64,000 nt of DNA, taken from contig NC_042999.1 of assembly GCF_006345805.1 (NCBI RefSeq), forward strand, positions 12,276,001 to 12,340,000, written 5' to 3'. The notes beneath the pieces are model-generated. The model saw only the letters and a program-made list of their open reading frames with translations, was not told where the DNA came from and searched no databases. Position numbers and translations under genes: made by a program. Positions within the stretch are counted from its first letter, which is position 1. Every line of letters begins with the position of its first letter. This stretch comes from Octopus sinensis (taxonomy: Eukaryota). This document shows, piece after piece, positions 38,660-53,164 of this stretch.

Positions 38660-38697
<38 letters not shown>

Positions 38698-39016
38698 AAA
38701 CAGTTGTGCTGTCTGAATTTGTAACTAAAAATGACCCGTTTGAATGAAAACCAAAGCTGGACTGGAGACCAGACTCTCTTTTTGTTCTCTTTCATATGAA
38801 CCATTTGTGTTTGTGTTTGCATCCGCAAAAAGATGAGTGCATGTATGTATTCTTGATTTGATCCTAGATGAACTCTACAAAATATGTGTGTGTGTCTGTG
38901 TGTGTGTTTATGTATATATATATATATATATATATGTATGTTTGTTGTCCAACCCATGCTACCATGGAAAGTGAACATTAAACGATGATGATGATGATGA
39001 TGATGATGTATGTATG

Positions 39017-39070
<54 letters not shown>

Positions 39071-39156
39071 TATATATATATATATATATATACATACATA
39101 CATACATACATACATACATACATACATACATACATACATACTACATACATACATAC

Positions 39157-39207
<51 letters not shown>

Positions 39208-39467
39208 AAGAAGAAGGTGAAATCGATAGATAGACATGAATTTATTAAGGGTGCAATTGGTATGTCCTTCATTGAAATGTCAGTTTCAATTATCTCCATT
39301 TTACTGATGGAAACTTATATGAATCTACATCTGTAGTTATTTATACTTATTATTGAGAGGATATATATACCTACCCATTTGCATTGATGAGAAGCTAACA
39401 TCCTTTTAGTATTTCACTAATACACTGGACAATACTGGGGAACATGGATGGTAACATCCCTGTAAGA

Positions 39468-39546
<79 letters not shown>

Positions 39547-39714
39547 GGCAAATAATAAAATGGAGAGGATTTAAAATTGACAAACATCAGCCAGTAAACA
39601 TTATATCTATTTATTAAATGATAACAACCATGTGTTTAAGTGGTACAAGTAAACGAATGAGATCAGCCAATAAATACATAAACAGAGATGAATGAATGAG
39701 TGCACAGATGCAAA

Positions 39715-39860
39715 TCACTTACAGCCGTTTCTGCCATGAGGCTTCAGAATCTTCCAAGTCATCCGCATCACATCATTGATATACAGGGATGAACAAACAT
39801 TGGAGAGGGATTGGATAATGGGTGAGCCTCAAGGCTTCTCCAGGGAGTCCACATGTTAGG
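39715..39860 (-). mobile_element. Possible old LINE RT remnant
   Basis: P*GSP..SLYINDVMR resembles the PQGS..LF.LYINDL RT motif. Short and decayed. Confidence 0.3.
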
Positions 39861-40485
39861 GACCTAACATGTGGGAAAATCAGTTAGAATAATAGAATAG
39901 GGTAAAATAAGTAAAAATAAAAAATGATGTAATGTAACAGAATAGAGATGGTAAGGAAAAGAAGTTCATTTGAAGGTGTCGTTATAATCCATGGCATTCC
40001 ATCCTGTGGTGAGTAAATAAAGTCCCTCCCAGGAGATGTATCTGTAGGCTGTGGTTTACAGTGTGCTTCCATTATACTGAGGGAAATAGTGATGGTAGTA
40101 TGCTATGTGGTGGGTTTAATGGTATGGTCCATGCGACAGGGGTCAGAGGTTAGAGGCTTTATTGCAATATTAAAGGAGTTAGCCAAAATAACTTAAAAAG
40201 AGCCTGTTAGGGGAAAATTAATACATAAGTACACTAATGAAAAAAAACTGGGTAACACCTTAGTGTGCTGTTAATATTTGTTACTTATTGGCTGAAAACC
40301 CCAATACCCCTATGCATAGTGGGGTGAGGTCAAAGTCAATCCTACGACCTAATTGGTCAGCTAACATTTAAAAACAATGGTACACATCCTGTAGTATATT
40401 GGATATTTAATATCCCTTAGATATTTTATTAGCCTCTAACTCATACAGACATATATATATATATGTACGTATGTATGTATGTATG

Positions 40486-40516
<31 letters not shown>

Positions 40517-41107
40517 GTACATATATATATACATGTAAACTTACATGGTGTGTGTGTGAAAGAGAGTAACCAAAGCTAATACCAGATTTATTTTTGCAAA
40601 GCCAAGAAGGAAGTTCTGGTGTTGCCTAGACAACACACAATTCCTGTAATAACCTCTTCAGACTATTAGTAATATAGTGGAAGCATGTTACATTTATGCA
40701 AGCAAGCAAATATGCAAGTACATGCACCCCCCACACACACACAAGCACAATGAAAAACATATTCAATAACTCTAAACACACAAACTCATTAGAGTTATTA
40801 TATTCTATGACTCCAGTGACAAATATTTAGGTGTTTTTTATTATTTGATAATTTCATAAATTTTGAATTCCAAATAAAAATTGTTTCCAGTTTACAGATA
40901 ATTGAAATGAATAGATGATGTATATACATACATATATATATTTATATGTATGTCCATACATATGTACACGTATATGTACACACACACAAACACACACATA
41001 TATATATATAGATATATATATGTACATATATGTACATGTATATATTTGTGCATGTGTATGTGTGTGTGTATACATACATACATACACACATACATACATA
41101 CATGCAT

Positions 41108-41152
<45 letters not shown>

Positions 41153-41547
41153 TATAATTTGTTTTTGTTATTTATTTTTGTCCACAGTATTCTTGATTGT
41201 AATTAAATTCAAGAGTAACAAAGCGGATCTTTTGAAATGTGAAGTGGAAGAAAACTTTTATCATTTTACCTTTATCTCACTAATTTCTCTCCAAACAATA
41301 AACTCTGTTTTTACTTGAAAATAAAATAAAAACCAATTGCACTTATTGTCTTAGCTATTATTATTATTATTAATATTATTATTATTACCCACTACACTCA
41401 CGGAGTGGTTGGCGTTAGGAAGGGCATCCAGCTGTAGAAACATTGCCAGATAAGACCGGAGCCTGGTGCAGCCTTCTGGCTTCCCAGATCCCCGGTCGAA
41501 CCGTCCAACCCATGCTAGCATGGAGAACGGACGTTAAATGATGATAT

Positions 41548-41832
41548 CATTGCCTTTGCACAGCTTCTAACGTTGGAGATGTACTGCAGTGTTAGCTGTT
41601 CACTACCAGTGAATTAAGATAACACCTCTTATTTTTCAAGCACCTTCCGGAGTATTCAAGAAGTTCCAAGCAGTGCTGTTTTCTGCAAGTGCTCCACCCT
41701 TATTACAGCCACAGTTTGTTCCACATACCTCTCGAGATTTTTGCTCACTGTTCCCAGGGCTCCGACGATTATTGGTACTATTGCTACCTTTCTCATTGAC
41801 CACAACTGCTTAATTTCCCAGGCTAACCTGTC

Positions 41833-41835
<3 letters not shown>
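41548..41835 (-). mobile_element. R4/Dong-like 3' fragment flanked by (TAA)n
   Basis: DRLAWEIKQLWSMRKVAIVPIIVGALGTVSKNL..VEHLQKTALLGTS..ILRKVLEK. (TAA)n lies immediately 5' (41836-41880) and again beyond an RTE tail on the 3' side (~41355-41385). Confidence 0.82.
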
Positions 41836-41882
<47 letters not shown>

Positions 41883-41883
<1 letters not shown>

Positions 41884-42387
41884 CATCATCATTCAATGAG
41901 AGAGCAGTGCATGCCATGAAAGTGACACTGGGGTGCTCTTAGTGCTCCATTTGCACGGATGCCAGTCATCGAATTTGATTTCGATTTCACTTACCTCAAC
42001 AGGTCTTCGCAAGCAGAGTTTAGTATCCAATGAAGGAAAGGTATGTATAAGTGGGCTGGTTACACCCCTGGCATAGGCCACGAGATTATGGTCTCACTTG
42101 GCTTGCCGGGTCTTCTCAAACACAGCATATTTCCAAAGGTCTCAGTCACTAGTCATTGCCTCAGTGAGGCCTAATGTTTGAAGGTTGTGCTTCACCATCT
42201 CATCCCAGGTCTTCCTGGGTCTACCTCTTCCACAGGTTCTCTCAACTGCTAGAGTGTGACACATTTTCACACAGCTATCCTCATCCATTCTCGCCACATG
42301 ACCATACCAGCGCAGTCGTCTCTCTTGCACCTCGCATCTGATGCTTCTTAGGTCCAACTTTTCTCTCAAGGTACTTACACTCTGTCG
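41883..42387 (-). mobile_element. RTE LINE 3' fragment
   Basis: REKLDLRSIRCEVQERRLRWYGHVARMDEDSCVK..GRGRPRKTWDE. Confidence 0.88.
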
Positions 42388-44659
42388 ATATTATTATTAT
42401 CATTATTATCACCATCACCACCACCGTCACCACCGTCACAACCACCACCAGCACCACCACCACCACTACCATCATCATTATTCATATTCCTATTTTCACT
42501 GATGGCTCACCCAGTTCTATTTTCTTCACCTCCCCACTCCCCCAAACAACTGATATTCACCTCAATCCTTGTTTGCCATTCACATCTACTTCCACCTCTA
42601 ACCATCTCTCTCCCCTTTCACACTCTCATGAACTTACCTACCTACCCAGCCACCCTGTCCAATCTTCTATCTCTATTCTCTCTGATATTCACCTTCTTAT
42701 ACTTTGAGGGTATGCCCTAACACCTCCCCTTTCCAGCTGAGGTAGCCATGAATCACCTCTACACCAAGACACCTGTCCCTCTTCCTGTATCATTAGCTTC
42801 TCAACATCAGGCATAAAGCCCCCTCCCTCAATCTTGCATGACTAATCAGTTAAAGGGTTTTGTCTTGGCAACCTCACTGGTGCTGGTGTCATGAAAAAAG
42901 CACCCAGTTCACTTTGTTAAGTGGTTGCTGTTAGGAAGGACATCCAGATGTTGCAACCATGCCAAAGCTGACATTGGATCTTGACGTGGTCCTCAGGCTC
43001 AACTGATCCTGTTGAACTGTCCAGTCCATGCCAACATGGAAGATGGACAATAAATGATGATGATGATGATGATAACATATTAATTGAGACATACGTGTCA
43101 ATATGTTCATCTTGTGGAATCCATCCCTTTATGGTCATTACACCTGGAATCTAATGCAAGTACCTTAACAAGCCAATTAATGACTGGAACTTCTTCAGTT
43201 CCTTGGATTAAAATGGATTAGAAATAAATCAACCATTGAAAACAACACAAGTCTAATATAGATAACATTAAGTTATGATCCGAGAGGCTTAGGCCAAGTG
43301 AACTGGCCAAAGCCTTTCTTCATCTAGATACAATATTGCAAATAAGTGCTAAATTCTCAAATTCTTGCAAGAATCACTTGCAAAGTATACTGTATCCCAC
43401 ATTTGGATGGAACCCAAAGACCATGCGACTCCAAAGTGAAGCTCTTAGGGAGTGTATATGGATATCTTTTGATGCTACACAATGACAAAAAAATGTTACT
43501 CATCAGCAAGACTATAAACCAAAAAAAAGCTGTTCTTCAAATATGGTCACTTACAGTATTTTTTTCTACTGTGAGTTATAGATGCCCCCTTGTTATGCTC
43601 TCCATCAGATTATAATGATTGGTCTTTTGGACTCACAATCAACAACGCTATTGTGTTAGCAATTGTGATTTAATGCTGAGATCCCCCTTAATTCAATGAT
43701 ACAAACTTCATGTCTTAAAGGGATCTAGATTAAAACCTTTCAACAAAATTTTATGTTCCAATAACATGCTTAATCGATAAAAATATTTTACTTAATTCTT
43801 CCTTATTTTCAAAATTAATTGAAACAAAAGTTGGAGGTTTCAACAGAAATATGGTAACAAAAGGAGTAGGATAAATCAATGAAAATCCATGACATGTCTA
43901 CAGCCAAGTGGCCTGGTCCATTTATTAGTTCAATGCCTTAATCATGCTAATGAGATAAGAAGTACGAGCTTTATAACAGCTCCCTTGTAAATGCATAATT
44001 CAATCAGTTGAAACCTTAACGTTAAACATTATATTAAGATAAACATTTACAAAATAAATGGCATCAATTTGAATGACAGTATACTTTATCTGGAGAGTAG
44101 GGAAAGCTTAGGTGCTGATATACTAGTCCCTGGGACTGCAGTAACAGAATAATGGTGTGAAGATTCATTGCTATCATATAAACAGTGTTCTTCATGGCTA
44201 ATGTCTCGTGGAAACATGTCTGGCCATGGGCATATATTACTGTACTTGGAATCAGGTGAAGGTTGGCAACAAGAAAAGCTCCTGGCTGTAGGAAAGCTGT
44301 CACAACAGCAAATTCTATGCGACTCGTACAAATATGGAAAAGGGAATGTTAAAACAATGATGTTGATGAAGATGATGATAGTGGTGGTGATGATGATGAT
44401 GACTTAAGTGAAATTCTTTTGTTCATTTACTGAAGACAAATTGTCACCACAGCTATGGAACAAAAGACGTACAAAAAAGAAGTGACCTGACGGAATTTAA
44501 AAGTTAATAAGATTTATTGATTTTTATTTAAAAAACCAAATTACTGTTTGTTCAAACTTGTTTAGAATAGATAGATTAATTAAAATACATTATTATTATT
44601 ATTATTATAATTATTATTATTATTATTATAATTATTATTATTATAATTATTATTATTTT

Positions 44660-45480
44660 ATTATAGACATTGCACAGTATACAATATTATGAGGTTGTTA
44701 ATTGAAGATATTGTCTACAGGGGGTTTGCACTGTTTGTCAAGTCACAACAAGGATCTCAGGCAGACAGTACTTTACACAATATGTGTGCAGTTCCAAGTA
44801 ATGCTGACTTTTGCAATACACCTAGATTGTAGGGTATTTCTAAAGTTTCCAGATGTTTCTTCAGGTTGGGTGGTATTGAACCCAAAGCTCCGATGACAAT
44901 AGGGACAACCTTTATGTTCGACTCTCGTAGCTACCACATCTTAGCAATCTCAATTCTCAGGTCTCCATATTTATCAACTTTTTCTCTTTCTTTCATGATG
45001 ATATGTTGATTATTAGGCACTCTTGTTTGTCCCTAATTATTGTCATTATTATTGTTAAATGAAATTAAAACCGTCTTCATTGTTTAAATTTTTCTTTAGT
45101 TACACAATTTTCAGTTTCGCTGATGTTGGCCTTCTTTCTGTGTTTCAACAGTGGCTCCACCACATTTTTTATATACCACCCTAAGCTGTTTTTCTCTGCT
45201 TCAACACAGTTCTGGCAACTGATTAAACCTCCCCCACCTTTTCTTCTGGACAAGTACTGCCCATCAGTGTCACTTTTAGGGTGGAAGGCTCCATGTACTG
45301 TCAACATTTTTCTGGTTTGGATGATCTGCCCTATAAGCTTTACTTTTATGCATCAGGCTTGTTTAACGGCCCTTTAGCAGATATCTGCTGCAATGGGCAG
45401 CCAGAACAGGAGAATTCCTAGTTATGTGAGTTGAGGAGAGGTGGCACTGGTGAGAAAGGACCCAAACAAGGGGGATCATA
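44660..45480 (-). mobile_element. R4/Dong-like fragment with internal deletion and (TAA)n tail
   Basis: RKMLTVHGAFHPKSDTD..YLSRRKGGGGLIS and IGALGSIPPNLKKHL..LQKSALLGTAHILCKVL*, then (TAA)n at 44585-44660. Confidence 0.82.
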
Positions 45481-46364
45481 AAGAAAATTTTAGACCTATA
45501 ATACCACTGAATGTAAATTAAAGAATTTTGGCAGAAGGCGTAAGCAAAGAAATTAGCCCTTGTTGAGGAACTGATTGGTGATGTGCAGACGAGCACAATC
45601 CTGAGCAGATACACCTGTGTCAACCTCCATCTCATACAATACATCATAGACAGGGTGGGGGTAAAGATGCGCACATGGGTGGGAGCCTTATATACACAGC
45701 ATCCCATTTATACCCAGCTTGTCATGTACCCCCTTATGTACATGGCATTTCATGTACCTGTCATATACCCTGCATGTCATGCACCCCTTTTATACAGAAA
45801 GTGATATATACTGGGTACACAAGAGGTGGACATGATTTCCTGCTTCACACTAAACATGTCCAGTTGTTTATGTTTCCTCTTTTATTAACACTTCAGTAAT
45901 AATCCTCAATTCTAACTTTTAGGAACTTCCTAACTTCTGAAAAAAGAGAAAATCTTGTAGAAGTGGTTTTTGGGTTCAAACTATTCCTGGTTAGATTTTA
46001 AATTGGATAAAGAATCTGCAAAATGTGGTGTTACAGAAAAGTGTTACAGGTGAACACAGTTCTGGTTTTACTGTGGTACAGATTTTCTAAAATTTCGCAA
46101 ACAATCTTTTGTAATATTACAGACACAGTAAATGAATGTGTAAATGTTTGAACAATTATTTACACTTAGCTCATGGATGAGCCATTTTAGTCATCTAAAA
46201 ACTTGTTCAATTCACTTCTCACTCTTTTCCAATGCACAACCGTGACCTAGTCACTTGAATTTGGCAGTTTTTGCATTTTTTACATGGCTAAAATAGCTCT
46301 TCTCTGATGCAATATTTAAATACAACTAAAGTGAAACATTATTAACAGAGCAAAAACTTTGATA

Positions 46365-46810
46365 GGCAAAAGTGTGGCTGCATAATCAAAAAGGTTGGTT
46401 CCCAACCACATGGCTTGGAGTACAGTCCCATGCATTGCACCTTTAGCAAGTATTTTCTTCTGTAGCCCTGGGGGTCAAACAAAACCTTGAAAGTGGATTT
46501 GAGAGATGGAAACTGAAAGAAGGTAGTCATATATATTTATGCGTCTGTATGTTTTTATGTGTGTATGAGTGTGTGTATGTTTGTAACTCTTAGTCTTGAC
46601 ATCACATGATTGTTGTAAATGAGTGTCAGTCACACAAGCAGTGTAGTTCATTTCAAATCTTCCTTGGAAACATGTCTGGCTAAGGGGAAATATTAGTTTC
46701 CTTAAAAACAGGCAAAGTGACAGAAAGAGAATCTAGCTATAAGAAACCTGAGTCAATGAATTCTGTCTGACCCATGCAAGCATTGAAAAATGGAAGTTAA
46801 AATGATGGTG
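46365..46810 (+). mobile_element. SINE family B with RTE-like tail, decayed
   Basis: tRNA-like head, GGCAAGT..TCTTC..TAGCC core, CCCATGCAAGCAT..GTTAAA(ATG) tail. Confidence 0.65.
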
Positions 46811-47299
46811 ATTATGATACTCAGATATATTTTATCTTTAGCATTAAAAAATACTCAAAACTTTTAAAGAATCACTAAAACTTGACTTACATAATATTAT
46901 AAATTCTACTTCTTCTTCTCAAATGCACGGCTCACTCTGGCACTAAGAAAAGATAGAATTAAATATGTTTTATTAATTACCAGTGATTTTGTCTAAAGGC
47001 AAAAAAAAAAGAAAAAGATTTCATTGTAATATTATATTCATTAAAAGCAACCAATGAATTTAACTTTGCATTAGATTCAGAATTAGCAGCATATATTAAT
47101 CTATTTTATATTAATTGCTTTCAACAGAGATGCAGTAATTAAGATAAAATTGATTATCATCTAATATAATCATTTTGGATTAGTATAATTCTCAAAGGAT
47201 ATAGTTCTAAAATTAGACTCAATATTTTTCCTGAAATCAAAACACATAAAATTGTTTCTACTTTAGATTGATAATCTGTAAAACATTGTTCTCTTGAGA

Positions 47300-47640
47300 G
47301 AATAGAAATATGGCGACAGCGATGGTAGTGGAGGTGATGACGACGACAATGACTATGATGATGATGAATATGATGACGATGATGATTATGACAATGATGA
47401 TGAATATGACGAGGATTATGTTGATGACGATGATGATGAGGAGGAGGATTCTTCTGCTGCTGATAATGATATTGATGACAAGGATGATGATTATTTCAGT
47501 GATGATGATGACAACAATAATGATGACAATGATGTTGGCAGTGGCAATAATTGTAGTGGTGGTGGTGGTGGCAGTTAGGATGGTGATAATAATAACGATG
47601 ATAATGATGAAAACAATAACAAACTGCAATCAGTGAAGAT
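47300..47640. repeat. Degenerate (GAT/GAC/GGT)n trinucleotide low-complexity tract
   Basis: Directly visible; source of spurious poly-M and poly-I ORFs. Confidence 0.9.
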
Positions 47641-50243
47641 GACTGATATTGTTTATTGCTCTTCTGTTTTTTTAAAAATCTTGTTAACATTTTGAGCATC
47701 TTCAGGTGTTTGTATATCTAGATTATCGTACTGAACCCTGCCATGTGCAACAATGTAGCTATTCCCATGAATTCCTGGACCTCAACTCCATAACTTCTAC
47801 ATATCAGTCTCTCATAATAGTTTGTTACAGTCTCTTTCCACAAACTCAGGCTCAGCTATTTTGGTCAATGCCAAAAGCATAAATGTCCCAGGATCAGATC
47901 CAGGTTCCAGCAGGGTGCTCCCTTCACCCTCCCTTTATCAATGAGACATTAAAACAATAAATTCTGAATATGAAATAATAGATTAACAACTCAGATATCT
48001 TTCAGGTTATCTCCCCCACCCCCACCCACCACCACCCTCTCAGGCCTGACCTACAATTATATTTATTTAACTCTAACAAGCTGGGCACAATACAAGTAAA
48101 TTATTAGCAAATAATTAGAGAAACAGCGAAAATGCTAATTTTGACTCTTAAATAATTATTCTTCCTCTCTCTCCTTCTGGGTAACCATGTGCCTCTCCCC
48201 TACAGCAGCACACCTGTTTCTCTCCTCATTCTTCATCACTCTCTCTCTCTCTCTCTCCTTCTCTTGCTCTTCTTTCCAGTTAGGTAACCACATACCTTCT
48301 TTATAGCAGCACACCTGTTTCTGCCCTCTTTTTTGTTAAGTCTCCCCATCTCTCTTTCTCTCTTTTCTTTCTCTCTCTCTCTTTCTTTTCTCTTTCTCTC
48401 TCTTTCTCCCCCCTCTCTCTGGCTGAGTAACCATGTAACTACTCTACAGCAAGACATCTGTTTCTGCCTCTCTGTTTCTCTGTCAAACTCTAACCTTTTG
48501 TCATCTGACACATGATTACCTCCCCCAATGCCCCCCCTGCCAACTCAAAGGTTCTTTGTCTTGGAAGTTGCTTGGTGAACCTGCCTGTCCTGGTGCCATG
48601 TATAAAGCCTCCAGTCCCCACTGCAAAGTGGTTGGCATTTGGAAGGGCATCCAATTGTAAAAACCATGCCAAAACTGACCTTGCCTACTGATGCCTTGTA
48701 AAAAGCACTCAGCTATCCCACAGAGTGGGATGGTTGGGTTGGAAAGGGCATCCAGCCATAAAAACAATACTAAAACAGACACAGAAGCCTGGTGTGGTCT
48801 TCTGCCTGGTCAGCTCCTCTCAAACCATCCAACCCTTGCCAGTATGGAAGGAGAATGTTAAACGTTGATGATGATGATGATGTTAAAATTTGCTATTTGA
48901 CTCATGGTAAATCTTGCACTAAAATACAAAACAACATGTAGAGGCATAGAGTCTAAGAATTAAGGTGTTTGGCTCCTGATAATAATAGTGTCATGGGTTC
49001 GATTCCTGAAGCAGGTGAGACATTGTGTCCTTCAGCAAGGATCTCATTTTATGTTGCTTTAGTTTTACTCAGCTGAAAATGAGTACAAGGTGGATGCTGG
49101 TGCGTCCCCATCTCCCTCCAGCTATCACATCCTGGGAGATTCAAGAGAAAGTCTCTGTCTGCTCATGATTTCATAAACACTTAATATGTTACGAAGCCAT
49201 TCTCATTAGCAAATAATTGTTGACTCTTTTATATGCTTGAATTCTTATTTTGGGTAAGAATAAGTCTACATATAACATGCTTATCTTCGGGCCAGTACTG
49301 AACTCATAAATCTCTTATTCCAGGCTCTTATTTAATCCACCACAGTTCATACTACAACCAAAATGATGTTTGTGTTTTGTAAAAAACAACATTGATAATT
49401 ATCCTGCTTGGATTATTGATGACAAAAATAACATTTATATAGATGGACATACAACAATACTGCTGTTACTACTATGTTATAAGTATTTATCAGATGGTCT
49501 CTGTATTGATTTAGGAGTAATTTTTTGTTCGTTTGTGAATAAACATGACTTAAATATAGAGCTTTTTATTTACGATTATTATTAGTGAATCCATTAGACA
49601 TTTTTTTCTTTGAAATGTAAAATAAATAAATTAGATCCAAGTCAAACAAACCATTGAGAACATCTCATGAGGAAGCTTTTAACACCTATTTTTTTTTTCC
49701 TTCAAAGCATGAGTGGGTTGTTGGGTTGGTTTTACAAAAATCATAATATTTGCATGAATTAATGGTGCTTATTTTTTTTCAAGTAGACTGACAAAGTACA
49801 GGGTGTTACCAACAACACCCCACATTTTACACAACTATTCATGTGGCATTCATGCTAGACAAGTGGTAATGGTAGTTCCACTGCTTTTCTAGTTGCCATC
49901 ATGGCTTGGACTGGGGCACACCATGTGTTATTTGTTGAAATGCTTTTCTCCCACTGTGTGGCACCTTAGGTAAGTGTCTTCACCTATAGCCCTGGGCCAA
50001 CCAAAGCCTTGTGTGTCACTGTCCCCTTGTTTTGACTTCTGATGATTGTTGTAAATGAATGTCAGCACCATGCAAGTGGTATCCTTCCTTTCCAATCTTC
50101 CACAGAAAAACATGCCTCACCATGGAAAATATAATTTGCTTGGAAATAGATGAGAGTTGGTGACAGGAAGGGCATCTGGCTGTAGAAAATCTGCCTCAAC
50201 AAATGCTGTTCAACCCATGATAGCAGCGGAAAGTGGATGTTAA

Positions 50244-50275
<32 letters not shown>

Positions 50276-51728
50276 ATATATATATGTATATTTGATAAAT
50301 GAATAGAAATGACTTTTCTGATAATTTTTTTCACTTTGATAATTAGATGTTGATAAGTTTCCAAAAGGTGACTGATAGGAGTTTCTCATTAAAAGTGGTC
50401 TTCAAATTGATAATTTAGAAGACAGCCAAAACAGCATTGCAATTGAGAGACATCTAGTGTCGCAAGTGACTCATAAAGCTTGGCTGTGCAAATGAGTATA
50501 AAGGATTGTCTTGTTGATGAGAGAAAACAGAGAACTGCTTTGTTAGCATCAAAGTTTCTTTTTTTCTTTTCTACTGTATATCATACATTTTGTTAACAAT
50601 AGCTTCATTAGTTGTGGGTTTTCAACAAGTTACACTCTTGTTCACTGCATTCCTAATAGTGAAAGGGACAAAGGAGTGTCTGAGTAACTCTGAGACAAAC
50701 TCATTCATGCACGAATAAAGGAAACAGAATGAAGTGAAAATCTTACACAAATGAAACATTAATGTAAAAAAAACACTTGTTTTTAGTTTTCTTCCATCAT
50801 CATCATCATCATCATCGTCGTCGTCATCATCATCTCATTGTCGTCATTGTTGTTGCTGTCATTGTTGTCACCCATCATCATTATTGTCATCATCGTTGTT
50901 ATCATCATCATCATCATCATCATCATCATTGTCGTCATTTTTGTCATCATCATTTTAACATCCACTTTTCCATGCTTGTATGAGTCAAACATGAATCCTC
51001 ACCTGCTTCCAAGTAAGGTGATATTTCCCCATGCCCAGGCATGTTTTTCAGTGAATATTGGAAATGAACATCATTTGTATGGCACTGATGCTCATGTGAT
51101 ATCATGAATAAAGGCCTACACAAACACAAACCTACACATTCATACATTTACATATGTATATCAATCCATCCATGTATGTATATGTTTACACATACACTTA
51201 TACAGAATGGGCTTCTTCCAGTTTCCATCTACCCACCAACCAAATCTAAGGCTTTGGTTGGCCTGGGATTAAAGTAGAAGCCACTCGCCCAATGCACCAA
51301 ACAGACGGCTTAAACTCTAAATCCACAGAGTTGAGGAGTAAAAGGTAAAATCAGTCATGTTTTTTGCCTTTTTTCTTTTTTATTGATTTCCATGAAATGA
51401 TATTTCAATTGTAATTTATCTGCCTTCAACATCCATGTTTTATGTTTACGCAAATAAAAGAAACATTATTTAAGAATGATTAATTCCACAGAACAAATAT
51501 TCTTCCACAAAAATGGATTCCTGACGTAATCTGAAAATAAGAAAACAAATTAGTTATAAATGCCATTTAAAACAGTGAAATCTGAAGAAGCAAAAGAATA
51601 CAAATAATTCGATCAATGGATTCTAGCTTTATGTCATCAGCATTGGACATTCTGAATTTAACTTTCCATTGGTTTGAGAGGGAATGGTTATTGGTGTAGC
51701 AGGAAGGATAGATTAGGAGTGGTAAGTA

Positions 51729-51798
<70 letters not shown>

Positions 51799-53164
51799 CA
51801 ACACCTGTCATAATGCCAACTCCAACCCTTTTCTCTACTACCCTGTCACTCAGCTGAGAGGTCTTGTCTTGTGACAAGATTTGAATATTTTTAATGTCCG
51901 TATTTTGATAGTAAAATAGACCTCACATATGCCTGTGCTATGAAGAAGGCACCCATTCCACACTCTGTAAAGTGGTTGGTATTAGGAAGGGAATCCAGCT
52001 GTGGAGACTATGCTGAAGCAGGCATTGGAGCTCATTGCCTGCATATATATGCTGTATACTCCTGGGATGTGGTGGAACAATTAAGGTGAAAGAATATGTC
52101 TCCTTAGGATGGACTGTAAATATATGTCAAGATCTGAGTAATAACATCTTGTGCAGAATAAGAGAAGGGTGAAAGGTATTTGCCTGAAGTGAACATATAC
52201 TCAATCCACAGAAAGATCCTGCATTCCAGCCTCTTCAACACTTGCAGAAAAGACATGAACAAGGAGAATAGTTGAGAGGGTTGATATTTAAGGCATGAAA
52301 GATTGGGTTTAGAGGTTAGTGTAGTGAGAGTAGATTTGGATACAATAAGGGTGTTGAGAGGTAAAAACACGAGAGGATTAATATGCCTGAACAGCAAATG
52401 TAAGGGACCAGCAAACTGCAAAGAGCAGTCTTCTTCTGATTCTTTTGTACAAAACTGCCAACCTTAGAGCATTCACATTCAAATTAAAACCTTACAAGAA
52501 CCTTTTGTTAAATTATAGTGAAATGGCAGATTGACCATTTTTATACCAATCCACTTGAGACCACCCGTGGTCATATGATACAAACTTCATGCTTTAAATT
52601 AATCAAAATCAAAACCTGACATCAAAATTTCATATAAATTTATGTTCCAAACACTAGCTTAAAAATGATAGTTGTTTTACTTAATTCTTCATCATTTTCA
52701 AAATTAATTCTACTAACAGCAATGTGTTTCAATAGAAATTTGGCTACAAAGGGGTTAAAATTGTGTTGCAATGTAAAGAAGCTATACACAGCCAGGTTTC
52801 ATATTTATTTAATTTAATCTTGTTTAACTCTTTTGACACCAATCCATCTGTGACTGCCCTTAATCCTATGATACAAACTAATTGTGTTATGGTGAGCTAA
52901 ATTAAAATTTTCCATCAAAATATCAATGGTCTCATATTGGATTTCCAGAGATTAAAAATGGTGGACATGAGCTTCAGATCACTCTTCAATGATTCAGATT
53001 TGAATATTTTTAATGTCTGAATTTTGATAGTAAAATAGACATTTGTGTCTACTTTCAAGATGAAATTGGCTTAGTTATCTGAAACTATTTTACAGGGTCC
53101 CAAAATCTCAAAAGATTTTGAATTTCAAAACTTCTATTCTTAGTTTTAGGATTTTTTGGAAAAC

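Noticed and set aside
43330-43520. GWNPKTMRLQSEAL, resembling an I-group LINE C-terminal motif
   Set aside because: Too short and degenerate to assign.
48170-48470. Three degenerate copies of GTAACCA..CAGCA.CAC.TGTTTCT separated by (CT)n
   Set aside because: An old minisatellite-like duplication with no further structure.
51877-53040. ~45-bp direct repeat at ~51877-51921 and ~52996-53040
   Set aside because: Imperfect and too long for a typical TSD; more likely two fragments of a dispersed repeat.
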